This document shows positions 36,958 to 45,333 of a stretch of DNA of 64,000 bases, piece after piece (position 1 is the first letter of the stretch; each line of letters opens with the position of its first letter). The notes beneath the pieces were generated by a model. That model ran no database searches, had not been told where the DNA came from, and saw only the letters and a program-made list of their open reading frames with translations. The translations under genes and the position numbers were made by a program. The stretch is from a virus (Duplodnaviria > Caudoviricetes): the IMG/VR virus record IMGVR_UViG_3300011977_000415, positions 1-64,000 of that record; one strand, 5' to 3'.

Positions 36958-37940
36958 AGGGTGGGCAGTGAAGTGTTTGCAGGTCTGCTGTACCGACATA
37001 AAGCGAGTGTGTTGGCTGACCGGGATGCAAGTCATCAAAGCTTCAGCCTTGATAGCTTGTAGCACGGACAGACAATTCTCTCGCGTCGGTACTTCGGCAT
37101 ACTGTCAGCTTTGGCTAATAGCAACGTGTTGCCATCAGCCAAGGATGTCTGTATGACGACAGACCATGTAACGCTTCGCAAAGGCGTGGGGCAAAGCAGT
37201 ATAATTTAGAAGTAGATAGTAACGTATATCAGGCAAGAAGAGACAGTTGCGCAACGGACAAATCGGGCACTCCTGTCAGCATGACAAATGTGCCTTGTCC
37301 TTGCCGCAGGACACTGAGGCAGATTGGACGTAGCAGACATGTCTGCCACATTCAATATGCCTGAGTGGACAAGAACTGCCTCTTGTATAGCAGAAGAGAA
37401 ATTGTAAAACAGTTGATTAGTGGTAAAGGTGGTATGGGTGGGCAGAATGGCATTACACGGACATTGCCGAAGCCCGATAATGGGACAGCCAGACAGCAAT
37501 AAAGGCAGTTATCAGAAGTGTCAGTTTCTGATAGTGACATTGTTGGCTGCCTGTCACATGGGATTCGTGCGGTGTCCGTACAGTAATGCCGTTCTGAAGG
37601 TGTGGGGCGAAGCGATACAACGCACTTGGACGAAACCACCGCTTATAACAGAAAATATTTTGCAGTCAAAGAGAAGAAGAATAGTAAAGCAGGTGTGGGT
37701 GGGTAGTGAAGCTGTCGCAAGATTGACGGTCTGAATATCAAGGCGAGTGGATAGCCAGTAAAGGACACAATTATCAGAAGCCTCGGCTTCGGCATCTTGT
37801 GGCATAGATGGCAGTCCTCTCGCGTTCAGACCTTGGCATACTGTCTTTCTTGGCTAATAGCGACTTTGTCGCCATCAGCCGGGAATATCTGTATGCCAAC
37901 CATCTTGGTGACGTTTCGCAAATGGTGAGGGACGAAGTGG
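36958..37940 (+). other. array of four structured non-coding modules (two are diverged ~220-bp direct repeats)
   Basis: Modules 36968-37179, 37234-37385, 37443-37596 and 37706-37919; compensatory changes between modules 1 and 4. Confidence 0.65.
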
Positions 37941-38089
37941 TTAGAATAAAGGAAGACGGCGTTGCCGTTATGGTTAATAAATGCACATGGTTGTTATTAG
38001 AGAAGATTATCACACGCTATAACAGCAGATTGATGTCCCTGAGCAAAACAAAAGCGACCCGAAGGTCGCCTTGTTATGGAGAGGAAAGG

Positions 38090-38476
38090 CTATTTCTTGC
38101 CTTTCTTGGTTGCTGGCTTGGCCGGCTCTTCCGCAGGAGTCTCCTCCTTGTCGGGACACTCGTAGAACTTGGTTGCAACCATGATGATTCTGGAGTGCTT
38201 CACGCCATCCTTGTCTGTCCACTCCTCTGGCTTGAAGAAACCCTCGACGGTGAGCAACGTGCCCTTGGTGAGCTTGTCGAATGATTCGGTGTGCTCGTTC
38301 TTGCGCCATGCCTCCATATTCATGAAAGCCGATACGCGGTTGGTTTCCTCGCCGTTCTTCTCCTGACGGCCTACTGCCAATGAGAAGCGTGCTACGCTGG
38401 CGTTTGCGAACTGACGGATTTCTGCATCCTTACCTACGAAACCTGAAACTGTGAAGTTGTTCTCGATCTTTTTCAT
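38090..38476 (-). CDS. ssb: single-stranded DNA-binding protein lacking an acidic tail
   Basis: SGFVGKDAEIR, ARFSLAV, LTKGTLLTVEG, WTDKDG; ends in basic KKGKK. Confidence 0.8.
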   Translation of the reverse strand: MKKIENNFTVSGFVGKDAEIRQFANASVARFSLAVGRQEKNGEETNRVSAFMNMEAWRKNEHTESFDKLTKGTLLTVEGFFKPEEWTDKDGVKHSRIIMVATKFYECPDKEETPAEEPAKPATKKGKK

Positions 38477-38478
38477 TT

Positions 38479-38728
38479 TGAATTGAATTTAAAAGTGAAA
38501 CTTAATTTTTACATGCATTCAAAAGCAGGGATGTGGCACCATGTGGGAAGCACCATGAAAATCGTTCGCAATACTCTTTTTGTCGTTGGCGGTAAGGGAG
38601 AAAAAGGAAGATTACGCACTATTTTATTGGTCACAGCGATAGCGGCCACACAAGAAGGAGGAAGTCCTTCGCAGCATCACGCTACCTTTGCATGGTAAAA
38701 ATAAGTGGCTTTCAAATAGCTCAATTCA
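38479..38728 (+). promoter_or_regulatory. long imperfect hairpin D, candidate ssDNA promoter
   Basis: tgaattga/tcaattca, atttttac-atgca/tgcat-g-gtaaaaat, tgtgg/ccaca, tctttt/aaaagga; TACCTTTG at 38683. Confidence 0.65.
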
Positions 38729-39305
38729 GAAAAAGACGGGGCCAAACAATGGAACAAAGGTTGTAAGCAAGGAGGCAATCCGTATGCAACAGACAGGGGC
38801 ACTGCTATGGCTGTATGCCTGGAGAAACGAAGCGGGAAATCCGACCTTACAGCTGTATCATCAGAAGAGTGAGGAGCATGAACACTGATGCACGATGAAC
38901 GACAAGCCTAAGGGTCAGCTTAGCAATAGAGGCATCAAGCCAAAAGAGGACAGACATCAGAGGATTGGCGATAGCACTGTCATCATGCTAAGACCAAGTT
39001 CTGTGTCCGACAAGGAAGAGTCGCAAAAGACAGACGAGTAAAACCAAAAGGCGAAATGACCATTCCTATAACAAGGTACAGAGACGCTTAAAACGGCGAA
39101 GGGACTTTGGCGACGTATCGCTATACAGGTGTCGAAGCATCGCTTCTATAACAGGACTGGAGCAAGTGAGCAAACCGCACAACTTGCTCCCAAGGTATTT
39201 CAGTTACAACAGCCATAACCTCATTGGAGGATTGTCCTAAAAGAGTTTTTGCAGTCAAAGGAAGAAAGAGTCTGCAAGCCACATAGCCAACAGACTCTCT
39301 CCTGA

Positions 39306-39488
39306 TTATTCACAGATGACAACATCATCCTTGTACTCCGTCACTTCCTTGCCGTTGATGAGCTGGACAATGACCTCACAACCCAAGTCCTCGACAATCG
39401 TTCCCTCTGTCTGACCTCTTCGGGGATAAAGCAAGGTGCAGAAACACCCTACAACGCCGTCCAACTGCTCCATGTCTATCGTTGCCAT
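39306..39488 (-). CDS. small hypothetical protein
   Basis: 60-aa ORF coupled to the upstream gene; agagtctg/cagactct hairpin downstream. Confidence 0.55.
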   Translation of the reverse strand: MATIDMEQLDGVVGCFCTLLYPRRGQTEGTIVEDLGCEVIVQLINGKEVTEYKDDVVICE

Positions 39489-39503
39489 ATCCGTTCCTCC
39501 TTG

Positions 39504-40088
39504 TTAGCCGAATGTGATTGGATTGATGCAGAAATTCGTGTCCTCTGCCTCATACTCGTATTCATTGATGAAGTCAATCATCTTCTGTTCGCTTCTTCCG
39601 TCCTGTGAGACACCAGTCTTCTCACACCACAACTTGATAGCATCACCAAAGGTGGAGTAAGCACCCTCACAATCCTCAAAGAGTTCTCCGTATGCAGTGA
39701 CGTAGCACTCTTCGGGGAAGAAGTCGTTCTCATCGTGCGTATAGAAGATGTCGCAACCTGGCTCAACCTCTCGCCAACTGATTGAAAGTTCATCGCCAAG
39801 TGCCTTGTTCACCTCCTCAAAGAACAAGTCGCATGAAGACCAAGCACTTTCGGTGTCAAAGGACAAGAGGGCATAATCGTCTTCCACGTTCTCCTCATAC
39901 TCTGCCCAATAGATGTGTCCTCTCACCGAGATGCCTTTCTTCTCGTAGTCAATGCCATAGTGTTCTGCCAAGAGATACAGATACACATTATTACTGTTCA
40001 CCTCCAACTCTTGGAGTGTGTTCCAAAGGTCTGCCACGGCTTTGCGTGAGCCTGTCACCTTGTACTGAGTGTCGCAAATGTTAGCCAT
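39504..40088 (-). CDS. YubB/DUF1281-like ferredoxin-fold protein
   Basis: MAN.C N-terminus and FDTESAWS...W...EPGC motif resembling the YubB F.TAW.P...EPG pattern. Confidence 0.5.
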   Translation of the reverse strand: MANICDTQYKVTGSRKAVADLWNTLQELEVNSNNVYLYLLAEHYGIDYEKKGISVRGHIYWAEYEENVEDDYALLSFDTESAWSSCDLFFEEVNKALGDELSISWREVEPGCDIFYTHDENDFFPEECYVTAYGELFEDCEGAYSTFGDAIKLWCEKTGVSQDGRSEQKMIDFINEYEYEAEDTNFCINPITFG

Positions 40089-40115
40089 AAGATAAAATTT
40101 TTATTTTCTTCCCTT

Positions 40116-40334
40116 ATGTAGAACCAACTACCATCGGGATTGATTAAAGAATTATGTTGCCCCAAAAGGTGTTATGGCTCATCAATGCAAGGTTTTGCCG
40201 TCAAATACTACCTCTGCCACAATCAGAGCGTGGAGATTTCACGGACAAACCACAGGCACCGACCTTGCAGGATGAACGCCATGACAGGTACCTTTGCAAC
40301 ACAATTCTTATCAAAGCCCGATGGGGTGGTACAT
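40116..40334 (+). promoter_or_regulatory. long imperfect hairpin E, candidate ssDNA promoter
   Basis: ccatcggg/cccgatgg, ttgat/atcaa, aagaatt/aattctt, tgttgc/gcaaca, aaaggt/accttt, tgttatggc/gccatgaca, tgcaaggt/accttgca; CTTG-N21-TACCTTTG(40289). Confidence 0.7.
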
Positions 40335-40397
40335 GGCAGACTGCATGGTACAGCAGTGTGAAGTGACGTTATAGGTGGAGATAAGGCTATAAGAGGT

Positions 40398-40616
40398 TTT
40401 TGCAGTCAAAGGAGAAAAGAGTCCACAAAGTGCAGTATCTACAGGACAAAAACACTTTAGTTTACCTTGGTTAGCTCTTATATATATGCTAACCTAAAGT
40501 AAACTGTATATATGTCCGTCTAAAACCCGAAAACCGTACGGGTCAGCTTACGTCAGAAACAGAAGTATAGAACCATAGAAGTGGTTCAAGAAGTCTTTCT
40601 TCCTTTGACTGCAAAA
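40398..40616. repeat. inverted pair of TTTTGCAGTCAAAG boxes enclosing an AT-rich palindrome
   Basis: Direct copies at 37658, 39247 and 40398, inverted copy at 40603; inner agtttac..ggttagc/gctaacc..gtaaact. Confidence 0.7.
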
Positions 40617-40865
40617 TATTATCTTTGCACGAATCATAATTGCCCTGTAGGATTTAATATAATTTAACACTCTTTGTTGAATGCAAGGAAGAACAGCTTC
40701 AATATGCTGAATATCAGTAGTATAACATTGTGTTAACCCTTAATCTGTAGAAAAGGATGTTATCATACAAAGTAATGTCCATTTGTACTTTTTCTATATG
40801 GTTTTATACTTACATTTGCATATCATTTGTATCTTGATAACAGTAACTAACTGATTATCAATATA

Positions 40866-41403
40866 CTTTATATTTGAGTAATATGAAATATGAAGTGCTG
40901 GAGGAACGTCCCGTAGACAAACAGACTGGTGTTGTGAGTGATGCCATTATTAGGCTTACTGGACAGAAAACCTCCCAATGGTATCCAGACACACTCCGCA
41001 TGGTTATTTATGAGGATTATGCTACCGGCAACATTTATAGATTTCTGAGCGACGATTTCACTCATTCCTACCTTACTATAGCGGAACTCTATAGAGAGCG
41101 CTGGCAAGTGGAATGTTTCTTCAAATGGATTAAACAACGACTGCATATCAAGTCGTTCTACGGAACGAGCCAGAATGCTGTATTCTCGCAGATTTGGATC
41201 GCCATATGCGATTATCTGCTGCTTGCCATTGCTAAGAAAGTATATCATATTGATCAAAATCTTTATATCTTATCGGCTGCCATTGGTAAAGTTCTCTTTG
41301 AAAGGAAACCTTTAGGTGAGCTATTTGTTAAGCCCAAACGTCCTCAGAATGACTCCGATAATGGTCAGTTGACCTTATGGGAAAATTTCTTTGGACAGTA
41401 GTG
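40866..41403 (+). pseudogene. IS4-family transposase C-terminal remnant with right end
   Basis: YRERWQVECFFKWIKQRLHIKSFYG; terminus GGACAGTAG; N-terminus absent. Confidence 0.8.
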
Positions 41404-41930
41404 TTTCCTATGTTTTTTTCTGTATCAAAACCGTAGTCGGACAAGATATCTCGGTATAAGTATTCATTTGGGGCATCTTGATTGGTATAGTTATAATAAC
41501 ACTTGCTTCTTGCAACAATTCCATATGTCTTGTGCCAAGCTAAATCGGCGAACCCTAAATATACAGGAAAAGTCAGATGTTGAACATTATAATCTACCAT
41601 ATTGGCAAGATTCAATTAACTTACTTTATTTAATGCAGTTATCAAGTTAGCTTCGCGAAGATAGAAAAGATTGAATAGTTGGATTACGCCTTCAAGCAGT
41701 TCACCTTTGGCGGCATAGTATTCCGAGAACAACCTACCGATGCATTCCATAGTAGGATCAGAGGAAAACTCATACCAATCTGCTCTAAGCTCACCATCAT
41801 CAAAAACACTAAGTTGCTTCAATTCTTCAGGAGAATTTATTGCTGCATGATCGGGACGCTTAAAGTTTGCGGCACCAGGGTTCTTCATGACAACAGATCC
41901 TTTAACTTCCCACGAATTACCGAATTTCAA
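41404..41930 (-). pseudogene. frameshifted/truncated hypothetical gene
   Basis: Two consecutive partial ORFs (41616..41930, 41328..41615) running into the IS end; VVMKNPG motif. Confidence 0.45.
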
Positions 41931-41996
41931 AATAGTCCTCCATCTAATGCCATCACTCGTTCAACCTAACTTTGTATAATGTGTAAAAACTTTCAT

Positions 41997-42983
41997 TTAT
42001 CTGTTCTCCTTATTTATTAAGTTTACTACAACTTTTACCATTACGTCTTTCTCCTCAGTGCGACTTTCTGCAATCATTAATGTCAAAGCCACAAGTGTGT
42101 TGTCGGCAATTCGCTTATGCCCATCTTGTCCATAAAGAATGCCGTTCTTTTCCATAAACCACAAGAACAACATGGCAGCAATACGCTTGTTGCCATCACT
42201 GAACGAATGGTTTTTCACAACGAGATAAAGTAGCATGGCTGCTTTTTCTTCTATTGATGGGTAAAGCTCTTCTCCGCCAAATGTTTGGTAAATCTGTCCA
42301 ATACTACTCTTGAAAGAGTCATCTTTCTCATTTGCAAACCATTTGCTGGCACCAAATTTTTCCTTCAAAGCTTCGATTGCTTCCATTGCATTGCCATATG
42401 TCGCACGAAAAGGCTCTCCTTTTGTCGTTTGCTCTATGTTGAGCGACTGAAAATCATATTTGTCAAGAGTGTCAAGTGCATAAACATAATCGCTTATAAC
42501 ATTAAAGAGGCCTTCATACTCTCCATTTGTTACGCTCTGCTGCAGAATGATTGCTCGCGACATGAGTTGAACAACATTTTTCAAATCTTCATAGTGGTCA
42601 AGACGCCTCTGGTTGACAACATAACCTTTGATCAGGTATTGTTTTAGAATTGATGTTGCCCATTTTCTAAAAGATGTAGCATTTTTGCTATTCACTCGAT
42701 AACCTACCGATATAACCATGTCAAGGTTATAGAATGGTATATCGCGAACTATCTTTCTGCTACCCTCAAAACGAACCTGTGCATTTTTTGCACAGGTTGA
42801 GATCTCATCCAACTCCTCTACCTTATATATGTTTCTGATATGACGAACAATAGACGTTCTGTCTACTCCAAACAACTCAGCCATTTGGTTTTGAGTCAGC
42901 CATACAGTATCTTTTTCAAGCTTTACATTCAGTTCGACCTTTCCGTCTGCAGAACGATATATCTCTATTTTGTTTTCTTCCAT
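41997..42983 (-). CDS. RhuM-family/Fic-Doc fusion protein
   Basis: TVWLTQ.QMAELF, YNLD.VISVGYRVNS (RhuM); KNHSFSDGNKR (Fic motif). Confidence 0.9.
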   Translation of the reverse strand: MEENKIEIYRSADGKVELNVKLEKDTVWLTQNQMAELFGVDRTSIVRHIRNIYKVEELDEISTCAKNAQVRFEGSRKIVRDIPFYNLDMVISVGYRVNSKNATSFRKWATSILKQYLIKGYVVNQRRLDHYEDLKNVVQLMSRAIILQQSVTNGEYEGLFNVISDYVYALDTLDKYDFQSLNIEQTTKGEPFRATYGNAMEAIEALKEKFGASKWFANEKDDSFKSSIGQIYQTFGGEELYPSIEEKAAMLLYLVVKNHSFSDGNKRIAAMLFLWFMEKNGILYGQDGHKRIADNTLVALTLMIAESRTEEKDVMVKVVVNLINKENR

Positions 42984-42994
42984 ATCAATAGTTG

Positions 42995-43135
42995 TCAGTC
43001 TTGTTTGTATAACTCCCATAGGCTTTTTGCCCATTCTTTCATTGTTTGTCGCAATGATTTTGGTTCCATCACTTCTATCATATTTCCTGCATGAAGTAAC
43101 TCCATGACAAAATCATAAGTTGGACGAAGCCTCAA
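42995..43135 (-). pseudogene. C-terminal fragment of a WYL-domain (WCX) protein
   Basis: Translated by hand: LRLRPTYDFVMELLHAGNMIEVMEPKSLRQTMKEWAKSLWELYKQD; begins right after the abiEi stop codon. Confidence 0.65.
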
Positions 43136-43903
43136 TTATCCCTCATATTCTTCCATTTCTTTTGGAATGGTCATGTTATATTTACGATTAAATGTACCAT
43201 TGGTAGCAGCTTGGATTTTCCCAGTCCCGACATCTATCTTTTCGGGATGCAGTTCTTCGAACCAAAAATGACCTGCCTTTTCAGCCATATACAGAAACAT
43301 CCTCTTTACTCTGTTGTTGTCCAAAGTTTCCAACAAGTGCTGTACAACATCAGAACGTATGGTGGTCAGTTGCTCCATAACATAGTACAGATCCATGTAA
43401 CTGTATGACTTTGGAGCCAAGATTAGACACTCCAAGAACGCTTGTTCTGGAGAAGAAACATATAACGTGCCACTGTCCGTAACTCTTTCTATTGTCTCTG
43501 TATACGAGAAGGCATTTGTGTGAAACACCCGGAAGGTAGCGTCATAGACATCACTTTGCATCCATAATGGTGTCTTGAACGTTGGTGCTGCCACCATCAG
43601 AACAGGCTTTCCCATTGGTACATAATGGTTGAACCCCGTATATTCCAAGGCAGACATTGCAGCCACTCTGAGGGTGCCACCCATCTGTTTGTTATATGAC
43701 GCTATGGCATCATAAGCGTTCAAACGGGCACCAGTGCGACACATCACACCTTTGCATATAGCTGTCAGCCATCCAGAGTCTCTGTATTTCTTTTGCAGTT
43801 GGACTGAATAGCCTTTCTTCTTTAGCCAGTCAGCAAACAACAGTCCTGTCGGTGCGGTATTGGCAAGCAGTTGGTTTATTTTTGTTCCGTATAATATATC
43901 CAT
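43136..43903 (-). CDS. type IV TA AbiEi-family antitoxin (AbiEi_3-like), no toxin adjacent
   Basis: KINQLL, GYS.QL..KY..SGWL, SSPEQAFLE, VKRMFLYMAE, W...L. Confidence 0.8.
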   Translation of the reverse strand: MDILYGTKINQLLANTAPTGLLFADWLKKKGYSVQLQKKYRDSGWLTAICKGVMCRTGARLNAYDAIASYNKQMGGTLRVAAMSALEYTGFNHYVPMGKPVLMVAAPTFKTPLWMQSDVYDATFRVFHTNAFSYTETIERVTDSGTLYVSSPEQAFLECLILAPKSYSYMDLYYVMEQLTTIRSDVVQHLLETLDNNRVKRMFLYMAEKAGHFWFEELHPEKIDVGTGKIQAATNGTFNRKYNMTIPKEMEEYEG

Positions 43904-44239
43904 AGTTTATTGCAAAGCTAAATATCTAACTGCAAAGATAGATGTTTTTATCCTTCCTTGCAAGAAATGAGCTAGAAAAATCGCCTTGAAATAAACCAAA
44001 AGTGTATTTTGACGCATAATTACCAACCAAAGAACTTTCCTCCATCATCATAAGTTTTCTCCCAATCGGATTTGCCCCACAACGTTCGTTTTATGGCTCA
44101 AAAATTCGTGTGTGCTATCCGTGTACAACATAATAAAAGATAAAGGTAAAGGCTTCCCTAACTGGTTGTAATCAATATTCCACAATGTTTATCGGGTAAG
44201 CCTATATTTGGGCTCATTTAAGAAAATAGACCATTAAAT

Positions 44240-44510
44240 AGGGCCTGCTGAATTATTATCTGATCACAGACAGAGGGTAGCAGACGTAGTCCCTCATAGT
44301 GACGATAATGATGAAAAATCTCCATATTTCGGTCAGGACAAGACAAAGTTCCCTCAGGAACTTCATCACATTTTTGACGAAGTAGCACATTCCAGTCCAG
44401 CATCGTGCTGTATCTGGAAGCTTGGCTCTTATGTCATTGGCTCGATAGATTCTCTTGCCGGTACCGAATGAGCATTCGATTTCGTTGCACGCCAACATCG
44501 CAGACACCTT
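44240..44510 (-). pseudogene. IS5-like transposase C-terminal remnant with terminal repeat
   Basis: NEIECSFGTGKR.Y....I.AKL..T...W; end motif gggcctgctgaa near 44241. Confidence 0.65.
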
Positions 44511-44589
44511 TATCATGATCATGATTTTTGATTAGTAATAACAAGCCTTAATAATTACTTGACTAATTCAAAATTTCATGTACCTTTGC

Positions 44590-44664
44590 AAGAAAGGACA
44601 TTATCGGAATAAACGAGCCCGTCTTTAGACGTCCCAACGTTGGTATCCGACAATGTCTTTTCTT
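44590..44664 (+). ncRNA. candidate small structured RNA or leader
   Basis: TACCTTTG at 44581, then AAGAAAGGACATT/AATGTCTTTTCTT and TCGGA/TCCGA stems; no ORF downstream. Confidence 0.35.
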
Positions 44665-44940
44665 CGTTCACGGCTTGATTATAGTAAAACATTTCGTCAT
44701 TATAATGTTGGATAAGCACATTTGATGATTACTGAGTCGAGCCATTATCTTTGGCACAACTTTATTCGTAGATATAATCTTTATCTGGATAAAGTGACTA
44801 CGGTTTCTGTTGACTTTGAGAAAATCTCCATATGGTTTGATAGCAGAAACTCGTAAAAACATGGTTTTAGAGAAAAACCTAAGATATTTGGCAGGAAATG
44901 AAAATTTCTCATTATCTTTGTAGCATAAAAACACAATTGT

Positions 44941-45165
44941 ATGGAAGATGTAAACAGAATTAAATTGGTTCTCGTAGAGAAAAAACGTACCAGCAAATGG
45001 CTGGCAGAGCAGCTCGGTGTTAACCCCTCGACTGTCAGCAAGTGGTGTACGAACTCTTCCCAACCAGACCTTGCGTGTATATTAAAGATTGCAGATCTAC
45101 TGGAAGTTGACTTAAAAGAACTCTTTGTGAGAGAGTACAAACAATATCTCCTTTCTCAGAAGTAA
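44941..45165 (+). CDS. XRE-family HTH regulator
   Basis: NRIK.VL.EK....KWLAEQLGV...TVSKWCTN..QP.L. Confidence 0.9.
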   Translation: MEDVNRIKLVLVEKKRTSKWLAEQLGVNPSTVSKWCTNSSQPDLACILKIADLLEVDLKELFVREYKQYLLSQK

Positions 45166-45333
45166 AATATACTTCGGTAGAACTATCGTAGCAAAGGACA
45201 AATAAGGGCGTACACGTAGATGTAGGACAGGCCTTCGACATCCTTTTAGGAGAGGCTAAACCAAAGGCAAAAAGAGACCAATAACACCCAAGAAGAGAGT
45301 AAGATAAAAGTAAAACAATAAAAAAGTGAAGAT

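Larger units (their letters stand above)
721..40870. mobile_element. large conjugative/mobilisable plasmid-like element (boundaries approximate, may be composite)
   Basis: Relaxase, primase, ArdC, SSBs, ParA/RHH, PG hydrolases; no VirB4/VirD4 in the window. Confidence 0.65.

Noticed and set aside
36862-38013. Short ORFs in the structured region
   Set aside because: Atypical composition and mutually overlapping; repeat divergence preserves base pairing rather than reading frame
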